Notes: generated from the letters alone by a model not told the origin. A stretch of 64,000 nt of DNA from Lama guanicoe (GCA_013239625.1 MU054323.1:868001-932000); one strand, 5' to 3'; shown: positions 12,111-25,786, counted from the stretch's first letter. A program made the numbers and translations.

Positions 12111-14465
12111 GCTTTCTGCTGTATGAATCCCACTGGACAGCAACCCTTATACCTACTTCTTTCCATTTCCTCCCAGATTCCAAAAATATCAATGCACATG
12201 GGTCTTTCAAAACCCAGGGAAATATCTACATATTTGCAGTGGTAGGTCCTGTGATTGGGTGATATTTATATTAAAAAAAAACTATTAAAATCAAACTTGA
12301 ATGACTAAAGAAGAGTAGTTTCTGCAAGTTCTAAAAATATCACTCAGAAATAATGCTCTTTCCAGACCCCTAACGCTGAGTAAGGTAAACCTAACCTCTT
12401 AGTTCAATAGACGACCGATAATTCCCTGTACACCAATGGGAAAACGAGATAGTGCCAAGATATTTTTAACTGGTCTTCATTTGCATCCAGCAAGATGTAA
12501 CCTTAGCAACAGTGTGTATTTTTGGACTCCTTTTCATTTAATGTAAATGAAGCACCACTGATAGACCCGGAATCAGATGACAGAATTCAACGTGACCAAT
12601 TTCTGTGTCTGAGGACTCCAAGTCCCTTGGCAGCCCTGCAGGATTCTAATTTCCTGTCACTAGCTTGAATCAGTCTGGCCCAAACTGAAATTGTTTTAGA
12701 GCACTGATTTTTCTTGTTTATTTTAAGTCACGTTGATCTGTCCGTCCTCTTATAAATGGTCTGAAGTGTCAAGGATGCTGTAGGTCGACGTGGAAAGAGC
12801 TTAGGTGTCACGTCTCAACAGAGAATCAAACGTATTTATGCTACTTCAGAACTATGACTTGAGGGCAGTTACCTGCCATCTCTGAGCCACCGTGTCTTCT
12901 ATCAAATGGAGGCAATCATTACTTTCATAATTTCCTTCTTATAAAGTTGTGTTAAATAACATATAATATTTCAAATTTACTTTTAAAAAGGTAAGAGGGA
13001 CGTCAGTTTGAGGGCACACTTTGACAATGTGCTCCTCTCCTTGGTGCTTGGCATATAAAATTGGTGATGCTGAATTGAACCAGGGTCTCCTCTATAGGAG
13101 TGGAAATGGAGATGGAGAAGGGTCTCTCTGAAGACAGGCACCTCACCTCCGCCTTCTGTAGTTAACATTTGTGGTGGTGGGCTTGAGAAAATATGTGGGA
13201 TTGTTTGTATATGTGGAAGGATAAGAAATTCTCATTTTCCACCAAAAGGAAAACAACAAAAAAATCTGGATAACAGAGGGCTTTGCCTGTCTTATTTGAA
13301 TAGTCCAAGTTCCTGTTCTGCCTGCCTTTACCATGGTCAGCTGTCCATCAATCTTGTTTATCTGCTGTGCACTGGAACAAGTGATTACATGAGTGATTAC
13401 ACTGTGATTTGTCATCACGGCTCACCCAGTCATAGGGTCACACTTGGTTAACTCCATGGATAAGTCATGGACTGGGGCAGAGGGCTCAAGAGTGGAAATT
13501 TGAGTGTATCTAAGTTTCTCTATGTGTGCGTGTGTCTGAATATGAACATGGGAGATCCTCTGTGTCTGTATATTGGTGTCTTGAAGTTTATGAGTCTGCA
13601 CATGACCTTATGGACTAGGGCTCGTGGACATGCGTGGAAGTCTGTGGGTTCCTACCGTGTGCCTTTTTACGTCTATGTTAGTAAATGCATACGTGGGTAG
13701 TTTCTGTATGTTTGTTGTTGTGTAGGAGGAAGGGAGCAGCTGAGGATTAGGTGTCATTTATTCATTCATCCTAGAAATATTCACTTAGGGCATGAGAAAG
13801 CCAGACTTTGAATCTGTGAGGTCACGGACTTAGTCAAAGGAGGAATTGGGCCAAACAGAGATGAAGAAACTGGCTTTGCTGGTGTGCTTTGAGCAGTGCA
13901 GTGGCAAAATCCCCATCCATGGACACTCAGGGGGCAGCCCAGGGGCTCAGTGATGCCCTTGAATGATCTCCAAGGGCATACCCATCAAGCTGCTGCAGAA
14001 GGTCGTGTTTTGTCCCTCCTGTCGGTAGGACCTCCTCTTCCCTAATTAGAAGTGGCACCAAGCGGCTATGCTCTTTCTGGTGCAGGTCAGGATGGCATGG
14101 CCCTGGCCAATGGGGTCAGCTTTCCTTCCTTACAATGTAGGCCCTAGAATGTGTCTTTAAACTTACAAGACAGTCTAACTCTTTGCCACTGTGTGTTTAT
14201 AGTTACAGAACTCTCTTAGGAAGACTGGTAGTAGCCCAGTTATTTCAAAGCAGTGTTTTTGAGAGCACTAGGGAACAGAGAGAAAGCTCATTCTTTCCAC
14301 TCGCATCGGTTACAGAACGAGGCAGAGGCGGTTTCTTCGCATTGATTTCGACAGGAGAAAGGAGAAGAGCCCAGAAAGAAGACGTGCTCCGCCCTTGGTC
14401 CTCCAGGTGAGCTGTGATGGGACCCAGACCTCCCAGTTCAGGATCTTTCAACCTCCAAGCCTACA

Positions 14466-14886
14466 TGTGATGGTTAATATAATGTGTCATCCTGACTGGG
14501 TTAAACGTTATTTCGGGGTGTGTCTGTGAGGGCATTTCTGGATGAGTCTAGCAGTTGAATCAGGGGGCTCAGTAAAGCAGATTGCCCTCCCCCATCCAAG
14601 GAGGGCCTGAAAAGGACAAAAGGCAGAAGCAGGAGAAATTCACCCCTTCCCCTCCTGCCTGACTGCTGAGCTGGGACCTCCGTCTTCTCTTACCCTTGGG
14701 CTAGGATTTATACCACCGACTCTCCCGGTTCTTCAGTGGTGGGAATCAGGCTGGAGTTATACCACCAGCTTCCGGGGGCTCCAGCTTGCAGACTGTGGGT
14801 AGTGGGACTTCTCATAATAAATCTCCCTATCTGTATACACATATATCCCATTGGTTCTGCTTCTCTGGAGAACCCTGACTAATACA
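14466..14886 (+). mobile_element. ERVL solo LTR (MLT2B/D-like)
   Basis: Starts tgtgatggttaat, internal ctcagtaaagcagattgccctcccc, ends cattggttctgcttctctggagaaccctgactaataca, with TG...CA termini. Confidence 0.9.
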
Positions 14887-15084
14887 CACTCAGATCTCTT
14901 TTTTCCCCCACAGAGTCCAGGCTGATTAAATGCCTCCTGGGCTGCCCTGTGAGTTCCTGGATCACTTCAAGTTGAACTCCATAACACATTGTGTGGTACT
15001 TTCCAGCTCCCAAGGGACTTGGACCAATGCTAACTGTTGAGTGATCTTCACACACCCCATGTGAGATGGGTTATTAGAAGTAGG

Positions 15085-15594
15085 TGAAGGGATAAAGGAA
15101 GAAAGTAGTATACATATATACAATGGAATATTACTCAGCCACGAAAAAGGATGAAATCTTGCCTTTGCTACAATGAGGATGGACCTAGAGGCTGTTATGC
15201 TAAATGAAATAAGTCAGACAGAGAAAAACAAATACCATATGATTTCACTTGTATGTGGAATCTAAAAAAATACAACAAATGAACAAATATAACAAAACAT
15301 AAACAGACTCATAGGTATAGAGAACAAACTAATGGTTGCCAGAAGGGGTGGGAGGTGAGGGGGGAAAGGGAGGAAACAGGGGAAGGAGGTTAACAAGTAT
15401 AAATTTCTAGCTACAAAGTAAACAAGTCACAGGGACGTGATGTACAGCTCAGAGACTATAGTCAGTAATATTATAATAAGTCTGTATGGCGCATAATCTA
15501 TACAAATGTCAGATCACTATTTTGTACACCTGAAACTAACATAATATTGTAAGTCAACTATGCTTTAATTTTTAAAAAAGTAAAATAAAATAAA
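15085..15594 (+). mobile_element. L1 3' end with A-rich tail, inserted in a MIR
   Basis: caatggaatattactcagcc...ggacctagag...gaaataagtcagacagagaaaaacaaatacc...tgtacacctgaaactaacataatattgtaagtcaactat then an A-rich tail; MIR-like sequence on both sides. Confidence 0.9.
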
Positions 15595-17837
15595 GATGGA
15601 GAAATCGAGGCTCCAAGAGGAGGCTAGTAAGTGGCAAAACCAGAGTTGAAGGCTCAAATCTAGGTCTTCTCAACCTGAGTGTGGCTGTGTTTCGTGTGTC
15701 TGCCTGACCCACAGGCCAGGAGCTCCTCAGGGCAGGGGCATCCTCACCGTTGAGCTCGGGCCTGGCCTGGTGTCTAGGGTTGGGTCCCCTGGGATCTGAG
15801 GTCTGTGTACAGGAAGCTGATTGGGATCAGTACCTTCCAGGAAAGAAAGAAGGAGGACCAGGTGGAGGGGGAGGTTGAACTGCAGATGCCTCGGGCAGCT
15901 CTGGAGCCGGGATGGCCCTCGAGTGGTTTTAAACAGAAAAATGGAGCCAGGGGCCTTTGTGCCCTGTTAGTGACCATCACTGGATGTGCACTGCCTCTAG
16001 GAAGGGTGTGGCCTTGGACAAATGGCTCACTTTAAGGAAGTGCAATTGAGGGATTCAAGGAGAGGAACTCAGCTCTGAGCCATCTGTTCCCCGCACTCCG
16101 AGCAGCTGGGGACACGAGTGACTCAGCCCTTTGGGAGATCCGGGTGACACACCACAGAACAGTGAGGAAGGGCTTGTGAAATTGACTCTTCCCTGCAACA
16201 TGCTTCCCTGTTCTTTTACCCCCGAGTTCTCCTGCAGCAGATTTGGTTTTTCCTGCCCCGGCCACTCGAGATCTGTGAACTCTGCTGCCTTCCCTGCCCC
16301 TCTTCCTCCTGGGGTCACCCTCTGGATATTGCCTCCATGTATGTGAGTGTCAGTGTGTGTGTGTTGCTCACCAGCATTGACTAAGGCTCATTTCTGTGTT
16401 GGTTTCTCAGGCAGGGAGCTCAGTATTTCCTAGCAGCCCTGACTGCCATATAAAAATGGGATAGAAATGACGCCATCCAGCCCCAGCTTTGCTCTGTTTC
16501 TGTGCTCAGAGCATCTCTGCGCCCCAAACCTGTGATCTCGGGGACCTGGCCCAACACTTCCAAGAGCAGAGCCTCCACCCAAGGAAGAGTGACTCGGTGC
16601 GGCAGGTTTGAGGCCTCCTGCGCCCTCTGGGACCTCTCACGGGGAGGCCCCCGCTAGGAGGCCGGCTGCTTGGGCAGTGAGGGTTTCAGGGGCCAGACGC
16701 TAAGAGGCCCGAGTCTGTTCCGGAACAGTGGCTCCATTCTGCACGGAGGGTCAGCGGTCACGCCGCGGCGGCCTCCCGAGGACTCTGTCCGACCCCTGAA
16801 TTCAGACTCTGGGCACTTGATTATCTAAGCCATGGGACATGACCCCCCTGGCCCCCAGTAGTTCTATCACTGGACAGATCTCTCCAAAGGTCACGCGGAG
16901 GGCCTGGTGTGAAAGGGCTTCCCTCCCCCAGGAGTCCGTCCTCACGCACCGCCCTCCCTTCATTTCCCCAGTAGAGGGGTCGGGCTCCCCGATCCGGCTA
17001 GACTGCGAGTCTGCGGAATTTGGCCGCCCTCTGAGGCTGCCGGCCAGGCTGCCAGGCTGGGGGAGGAGGACTTGCTGTGTACTTGAGCAATCTCAGGGTC
17101 TCCAGAAAGACCTTCTGGATTTTTCCCTGAAACCCCTGCTGGTTGATACCAGAATTCCCCTTTAGCAGATGACAGCATTTTTCAAGGAAACCTCAGAAGC
17201 AGAGAACATTGTTGAGGTCGGGGAGATGGGGAAGTGTCTGACCTTCTCTTCGGGGCCCGGGTCAGGGTTGCGGTCCTTCCTGGGAGCTGGATATGCCGGT
17301 GACGGGGGAAGATGAATGAGGAGAGGCGTGGAAGCCTGAAGTGGAGGAGACGGTGGGAAAGGATGGAACCAGAAGCTGGAAATGGAATCAAAACCAGCGC
17401 TCCCCAGTTTGCCCGCTTGTCAGCACCATCTCGATCTGGCTGTCACGTGACCTTGGGAAGGTGAAACAGAGAGAATACTGACACAGTTTATCAGACGGGC
17501 TCAAGTGCGAACCTGGCGTTGATCGTGGGCCGACAAGCTGCGTGTCACCCGGTGCTCACGGCAAAGCTGGGAGGTGGGTTGTCCCCAGTTCCATTTTACA
17601 AAAGCTGGCTCCAAACTACCACTTGTAAAATGACTCACCTCTCCTGGACTCTAATGAAGCCTTCCCGAGCAGGCAGCATCTGAGAGGGGGCTTACCTACT
17701 GAGTTGGGAGCCCCACAAACAGACCTTTGCCATCTTGGTCTGTTAGGGTTTCCCGGGGACTGAGCCGTAAGCCACAGTCTTCATCACTGAACAGATCAGT
17801 ATGCAAGAGCTTCTAGAGCGAGGGCAGTCAGAGGAAC

Positions 17838-18013
17838 TCCAGCAATCCCACTCCCGGGCACACACCTGGGAGAAATGAAAACATTAATTCAAAAAGATAC
17901 ATGTACCCCAGTGTTCACTGCAGCCCTGTTTACTATGACAAAGACATGGAAGCAACTCAAATGCCCATCAACAGCAGAATGAACGAAGAAGATGTGATAT
18001 ATATGTACACACA

Positions 18014-18056
<43 letters not shown>

Positions 18057-18520
18057 GAATATTATCCACTCATAAAAAAGAATGAAATCTTGCCATTTGC
18101 AGCAATGTGGATGGACCTAGAGAATACTATAATAAGTAAGTCAGACAGAGAAAGACAAATACTATATGACATCACTTATATGTGGAATTGAAAAGAAAAT
18201 ACAATTGAAAACAAAATATGCAAAACAGAAACAGACTCATAGATGTAGAAAACAGACTTGTGGTTATCAAAAGGGAGAAGGCAGTGGAGGAGGGGGACAA
18301 ATTAGGGGTATGGGATTAACAGATACACACAACTATATATAAAATAGATGAGCAACGAATATTTACCGTATAACACAGGGAATTATACCCAAAATCTTGT
18401 AATAACCTATAATGGAATATAAACTGCAAAAATACTGAATCACTATGCTGTACACTTAAAACTAACGCAATATTGTAAATCAACTCTATTTCAATTTTTA
18501 AAAAAAAGAAAGTTAAAAAG
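17838..18520 (+). mobile_element. L1 3' end (cetartiodactyl-type) with internal (CA)n
   Basis: ccagcaatcccactcccggg...tgcagcaatgtggatggacctagaga...actgaatcactatgctgtacacttaaaactaac...caactctatttcaa then an A tail. Confidence 0.92.
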
Positions 18521-19749
18521 GAGAAGAGGAAGACTATGGCAAAGGTAGAGAATTTATACAGAGACACACATGAAGATATCATGTTCTCTGAAAATAGAAG
18601 ATGATTTTGTTTTATAAAGTTCTTTCTTTTTTCACATATGCAGTCAGAAATCTCACAGGGAGGGATGGATGGAGGATGCAGCCTCCAAGGTTATGATTCC
18701 TTGACCAAAGCACTTGTTTGTCTTTCTCAAAGAAAACAGAGCGGGCTGTAGCCTGCAGGAGAGGGCCCTGGGCTGGGGCCAGCGTCTGTGTTTGCTTCCC
18801 AGCCTCTTCGGAGCTCGCCCCGTGTCCTTGGGCCAGTGCCTTGCCCTCTCTGGGTTTCCCTTTGCAAAAGCACAAACTGAAAAGTGCCTTTCAATTCTGA
18901 CCCTCTATGGATCTATTTTTAACAAAAGCCACACTTACTCCCACACTCTGAGCTTGCCATAACGACATTTGTAGCTACACAAGCTTCCCAGAATCAGAAA
19001 GAAACAGCATTTGTGAAGTGTCAGCTCATCAGAAATGACTGGCAGGTGGGGGGTTCCAAGCCCCTCCCCAAAACCTGCTCCTGATGCAAACACAGGCCGC
19101 CTTCCCGGCGCTGCTGCCTCTTGCTGACTCTGCCGCGTGCTCTCAGGAACAGAAATAGAATCCGTCTGCCACACAGCAAGTGCGCTCCCGGGAGGATGGG
19201 ATGTGTGAGTAATTGTTTATTTAATTTTTTTCCCAGATAATTCTCTGTTAAAGAAAATAATTTCTGAAGTGGAGGGCGGGGGCCCTGAAAAGCCGTCTGC
19301 TCCCTGCTAGACAAGTCACCGAGCACAGCATCTTGGCGTCTCCATCTAGAGACGGGGCCAAGGATGCTCAGAATCCCTCCTCAATGCAGCGATGCCCTGG
19401 GGCTGCATGCAGGGTCTCCTAGACCTTTCTGCTGTAAAACTTCACTGCAAAGCAAAGCGACACCAGATTATAAGGATGCCCAAGCTGCTTTCTTTGCATC
19501 CTTGATTCAGGATTCTCACGAGCTAAACCAAGCTGGCAGCTCTGAGCTCAAGCAGTCCATGGATCAGAGACCACAGTGCCCTGAGGTCATACTTCCCGCT
19601 GTCCAGTTGGAACAGGGCTCCCCACTCAGCCTCCCTGACAAGGGGCACCCGGTGCCTCATTTACCTGCTGAAGTCTACACGGTGGCCGGCATGGCTTTCT
19701 TGTGTCCTAATCTGATCTCACTGTGGAACTGTCAGCTTGAAAATCCCTT

Positions 19750-19960
19750 GACAGGAGGCAGAATCAGGAGTCCAAGTCCTGACTCCCCACATCTAAGCGG
19801 CATAGCCTCGGGGGTGGTGCTTTTCAGACCTCGCTATACATCTACATCAGCTGTAAATTGGGGATCACGAACACACGTATCCTACCAGTCTCACAGGTTG
19901 TTGTGAACAACGTGCATAATGTTGTTCGTCAAACTGTTTGCAGCATGGTCTGGGCTGAGC
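19750..19960 (+). mobile_element. MIR SINE
   Basis: ggagtccaagtcctgactcc...catcagctgtaaattggg...ctcacaggttgttgtga. Confidence 0.65.
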
Positions 19961-21409
19961 GAGGCTGGTGGATGCCCTGTTGACGGTGCAACACCAGACA
20001 CACGCAGTTGAGAAAGGGGGGGTATGGAGAGGCCCAGGATGACACTCTCCAGGAAGGAAGCATAGGACGTGGGGGATGGGAGAAGGCAGAGAGGTCATCT
20101 GTTAGTGTCCCTCGAAGGAGACCCCCTCCGACCCTACCTGATCCCAGAACTTCCTCTCGGACACCCCTCAGCCCAAGGGATCATTGTTTTTCTCACACAT
20201 GTGAGTCCTGACCCCAGCTCCAGGACAGGCCCCTAAGAGAGGCTGGAGCTGCCAGTTTCTGGGTTTTTTTCTCAGAAGCATCTAGTTAGCACCAGCCTCG
20301 TGCATTGCAGGAGCTGGGGACCCCTTCCCGAGCTGCTCCTCAGCCTCACCTCCTGGACGCCCCCCGCTGGTCTCCTGCGGTGCTTTACCCAGCCAGGCCC
20401 CCTCTCACAGATGCCTCCCTCTCCCGCTCCCGTCTCTCTCCCCGTGGGTCCTGGGGAAGCCTCAGCCTCAGCTTGTCATCAGCCTCTTTCCTAGGTATAT
20501 TCAGGCCATTCAACAGGAATAGGTCCGTTTGAGAGCCCAGGTGGGCACTGGGGCAGCTCAGAGGTCAGCAGGCATGGGCCTGGCTCTCACTCTCCTGGAT
20601 CTTGGAAAATTATCAATGAATGAACCCGTCCCAGGCCCGAGGAATCCTGACTAGCTCGTTGCTGAACTGAGGACGTAGAAAGCCAGATTTTAACGAGAGT
20701 CATACTTACCACCAGCTACTCCCTTTCATCCACACAACAGTCTCTGAGGATTTTCATACCCATTTTCCTGAATAGGAAACTGAGGCTCAGAGAGGCTGGT
20801 AAGTGGCATAGTTAAGACTAGAAATAAACTCTTCTCACCCCAGATAATGTCCTTCCCTAAAAAATCACAGTGCCTCAAATGGAATGCTTGGTGAGAGGCC
20901 CAAGATAAATTTGGGGATGAGGATAGTGGAAAAGGACCAAAATAAGCCTTGCTCTGCCGAGGATAAGAAGTTATTCAATAAATAAACATGAGTCAGTGGG
21001 GAGGCAGCATTTTCTCCTTGGAAAACATGGGTGTAATTCTGCAATTAGTGGTTCCAGTAAAAGTGGGTGGGCAGCTCCTTGGAAATAGAAATTTCCAGGC
21101 TCGGCTGTTCATCTGGCTGCGCAGCTGGAGGCCAGAGAAGGTCAGGAACTTTGTTTTGTGTTGTGACCACCTTGAACGTGCCTCCGACTTCAGCCGCAAA
21201 TCCCTAATTGGAATTCCGTCTTCCTTTTTGCTTCTATAATCTCTCTTCTTTGCAGCCATCTCAGTGACATTTACTTTAAAAATACGAATATATATATACA
21301 TTTGTATACGTGTGTGTGCAACCATGTCACTCCCTAATTAAAATACTTCATTGGTTTCCTAGCTCCACAAGGTACAATCTAGACTCTCAAGTGTGGCGGT
21401 CTCGCTTAT

Positions 21410-21730
21410 GGGGTTATTTCAGCTTAGGTCGCCCCCAAAGCAGACCCTGGGATGGGATTTGTGGTCAAGACTGTCCGATGAAAGCAAGGCAGCCGAGGCC
21501 TTCACCTACCAATGCTTGTTCCTCATCAGTGAGGGCTTGCTTCTGGGGTATTCACTTCCCAATGCATCTGTCTGCTCCTTGCAAGGCCAGTGCCCTGCTG
21601 GGAGGTGAGTGGGCCCTCAGACGGAGAGGTACAGCTGCTCCAGGCAGAAGTCATTGCCATGTGGGGAGTTGTCCGCCGAAGCTGCCGGCGACGTCCCAGA
21701 GCTCCCCAAAGGGACGCGTCTGTTACACAG
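21410..21730. mobile_element. Ancient ERVL LTR fragment (LTR16/LTR33-like)
   Basis: ggtcgcccccaaagcagaccctgggatgggatttgtg resembles the LTR16/LTR33 terminal motif. Confidence 0.5.
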
Positions 21731-22929
21731 ACTCTGCATGAGCTTCCTTCTCAGGCTGCATCTTCTGTTCCTGCACGTGGTCCCAGATTTCACAGACAGG
21801 TGACTCTACGAGTGAGCAAACCACACGGATCACACACAGTTAGGGAACCTTAGTAAGAGCATGTTTATCTGAAGGAGGCAACTAAGCTTTCCGGAGCAGA
21901 CTGATCAGCTTGGAAACTTTGGACTCTTTTCTATTTAACATAAATTTCCACATCCTCATCTCACAGGCATGACAAGGAAGCAAATGAGGATGAAAGACAA
22001 GCTCGTAGCAATTTAAAAACTCAGCTCCCCCTGTGGTTGGCAGGAGGGAAAACCGTGTGCGGTGTTCTTCCAGGGTCTGGGCGGGTCCTCCCTAAGAATT
22101 TCCTCCAGGCATGTAAGATTCTGCATCACAAGGGAACAGTGTACGTTCTGTCTTCACACTCTCCTAAATGAGGCAAAACTAAGGGCTTCAGCAGGCATAT
22201 AGGAGTTTAACCTGAGTTGTTGATTAGATAAAGTTTGAAAAGCTGTTCCCAAACATGCAGTCTTTTCTTGGACTCCCATATTTTGCACGTTCTGGTTCTT
22301 CTACTGAGACCACCCTTCACATGTTTGTCCGTCACCGCCTCTGTGAAATCCTTTCTGATCAGTACATACAGACTTCATCACTCCCACCTTCCTCTCGTCA
22401 TCATACTTGTAAATACTTTATTATAGTCCTGGAAATCATGAGTCTCTTTGGGTCCTTAATGTCTGTAACCTAAAGTGTTCACAAAAGTTAAGCTTTGAGG
22501 CTTAAGGTTTGGGGATCTGTTATAATTTATAAGTATCATTTTGATAGCAAAGTCACCTATTTTGTAGGATACTATGTCTGCCTTTCTCTTTTTTATTTTA
22601 AGATCTATTTTAGGTTGGTTGTCTTAAAAATTCCATGATTCAAAAACACTTGCTAAATGTCTTTTATGTGCCAGGCTGAGTGGGACACACCTAGAATTTA
22701 TTATTCCTCTCCTTGACGATTTCATTTTCCAGCTAAAAACCTGACCTCTAAGCCCAGGAAATAATGCCAGTCACTTAGCAAACCAGCAGGAATTCGCACC
22801 CCAGGGAAGTTCACCATGAATCAGGGCAATATTTCAAGGATGTGAGGCCCTCGCTGAGACTTGGGGGAAGGAAAAGATTCTGATGATGGGAGGAGGACAT
22901 CCTAAATTAGAATAGGACCAACTTCACAG

Positions 22930-23560
22930 AACCACGATGGGAATAAGCAAGACACAAGACTGAGGGAGATGAGGGAACAGCCTGGAACAGCCTGTCGGTT
23001 CTGCAGTGGAGCTGGAGATGTGGACAGAAGGGTGCCAACCGGGGAGAATTTGATGCCAGACAGTGGAATTTGACATCAGACGACATGAACCCGGTTAAGT
23101 TTTGAGAAAACAGAGGGACATTAAGATGCTTGTCTTTGAGGAAGGTCAGTGTGGCAGCTGATGGAAGACAGATTGGGTGAGGATGAGAGGCTGTGCCATG
23201 GAGACCTTCAGGAGAACGTGCTGAGGTGGGGGTGGGAGTAGGTTTGATGGGACACTGATCTGGGCAGCCGGAGAGGAGAAGGATGCAGTACTGAGGACTA
23301 GAAAGTTTGGTGCTTGGCCAAGAGAATGGAGGCAGTGGTGGTGGGGTTTGGAGAAACTGACCCAGAGAAGTAAGCATTGTTAAAGCCATATGAAGAGGGA
23401 GTGTGTGTGTGTGTGTGTGTGTGTGTGTAGGGGGCACAGAGAATTTTGGTGTGACAAGAGAAAACTGAAGCAGGGAAGGAGACAGAGGCTGTCAGAGGTA
23501 GGGTGTAATGAGGATGCCCTTGTTTTGGAAGACAGCTCGATTTCAGACGTACTCACCACT
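22930..23560 (-). mobile_element. LINE-2 fragment with (GT)14 at 23401-23428
   Basis: gaatttgatgccagacagtggaatttgac...ttgtctttgaggaaggtcagtgtggcagc...; the microsatellite is seen directly. Confidence 0.6.
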
Positions 23561-25784
23561 TGAGCCTTTGTCTGCAGCACATGGGGGCCTGACTTCGCAG
23601 AGCATCAGTCGTGCCACGTTGGACATGCAGGTGCCATGAATAGAGACACTGGGATTAGGGAAGCCAGCCTTCTGAGCAGCGCTTCCTTGCTCACAGTGAT
23701 CACAAACATGGCCCGTGCGGGGAACCTCGTCCGGAACTTGATGCTTGACTTTTTGACATGTGATTGCACAGTTTCCATACTCTTCTTTTGGCTGATGACA
23801 CTGCTTAGTTTTGCAGGTAGATAAGAATGCAACCCTTAACAGCATATACAGAAACGCGTTCACAGATGTTTCGCGTGGGAACCACTCAAGCTCAGTGGCT
23901 CTCAAAATACCTTCGCCATCCAGCACTCCTGAGGAGTGGAGCACACTTGGACCAATAACAGAGAGTCAGCTCTCTCCCCAGTCTCAGGGGAAGAGGATGG
24001 AAGGGCACACGTCTCTCAGTGCTTGAGCCAGAATCTGGGGAAAAGAGAGCAAAGCCCCGCGGGCAGTTCCGATGGAGCCCCCGGGAGGGAGTCCCCATGC
24101 GGGCTCAATGGCTTCTAGTTTAAGCACAACCTGGGCTCATCCACCTGCCTAAATCGAATTTTCTGCCCTTCTAATCCTAAGCCTGGCCTCAACCCTATAG
24201 GGTTCAAGACCCTTCAAGACCCACCTGTGGTTCTCCCTTCATCTGAGAAATCGGCCCTGACTCCCACAGCTCACGTAATCTTTTCAATGTCTTATTCTTG
24301 CCCTTCATTTAGTATTTGACTGTCTGAGAGTCTGTCTCCCCCACTAGACTCTGGAGATGTTTTATTCCTCTCCGAAGCCCAGCATCCAGCCTGGTGCTTG
24401 GCAAAGGGTAGACCTGACCCACAGTGAAAGCTTACAGATCAGATGAATGGATGGATGCCTCAAAAAACACACATCTGCCACCTTCAGTCTCCCTGCCATT
24501 TCTTGATTCCTTTTCAGACCTCTTGCTCTGGAGTCTCCTGTTCCAGGCAGCTGCTGCCGCCACCTCCTCCATCCTCGGAGCCGGGCCGCATTTCTCCCAA
24601 GAGGCTGGAGGACACAGTCTTTCCAGCCCTGCAGGCTCAGGTTCAGTATCTCCTCACGTGTGCGGAGTGTTTCATCATTCCCTGACCATCATCGCATCCT
24701 TGATCATATCTTCAGCCGCTGCCGACCTGGGAGGTTAGCAGGGGAAGCACCATTATGTCGCTGTTGTGCACAGGAAACGGAGGGACTTGAGAGTGAGGTG
24801 ACCTGACCGAGGTTGTCCATCAGCAGGTGGAGGAGGTCAAGGTGGGACCAGGTGCTCTGACTCAAAGGTTGGGTATTTTTTTTTCCTCTTTATCACATTT
24901 GATCTTTTCCCATCAGTTTCCATTTTCTTTCTAGCTTTCGGATTTGCCCACTATTTCTGTTAGTGCCTGATCTCTCCCTCTTCTGGTCCTTTCGAAAGGA
25001 CCCCACTTTCCCTGACAGGAAAATCCAACAGGAACTGTCATTCCTGAGATGTCCAACATATGACCTCTCATGGCTCATGCTTCCCAGTTTGATTCCAGAA
25101 GCCATGCCCACCCAGAGGACCTTCAGGGAGCCTCCTTCAGAGGTTGCACCAAGACTGATTGGCAAGCACTGTTTGGTATCCATCTTCTTAAAATAGAATG
25201 CTAGAGTATACTCTGTTCTATTTTTTTTTTACAGGTTTTCTCCTCCTCCACCACCCCACCCTCCTCCTTGCTTGTCTATTCTTTGAAGCATTTTCAAGCT
25301 CCTCACAGACATAAGTGACTGAATGCATTCATTAAGTCATCTTTTGTTTTATCGCAATGAAAATGAATGGGTATTTATTTTTCTTTCTGCAAGAATTTGT
25401 TGAAATCCCTGGCTAGAAGGCAAGAAACCTGCAGTCTAGTCATCTTGTCTTAGTCATGGGTTTTGTGACTTCAGAGGAATCAGATAATCTCTCAGCTTTC
25501 TCACTGATCATGTCACACTTTCAGTTATTTATTTACATGATTGCCTTCCCTTCTAGACTGTGAACAAACAGCAGGCAAGGGAACTGTTTTTTTTTTTTTC
25601 CAATTTGTACTCTCAACACTTATTGCAGTTTCCAGCGAACACTGAATTGTGTGGCATGTAGAGCTCCAGAGAGAGGATAGGAAGCAAGTAACTGCAGGAA
25701 AGGGCCACCAAGAAGCCATGCTCGTCTAGCTGATGCTTCCCTGGTGTTTGAGAAGGACAACAGCAGGGTCAAAGAGGGTAGAAG

Positions 25785-25786
<2 letters not shown>

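Noticed and set aside
19364..19906. 180-aa ATG-initiated ORF
   Set aside because: No recognisable homology and its 3' part runs through a MIR; consistent with chance
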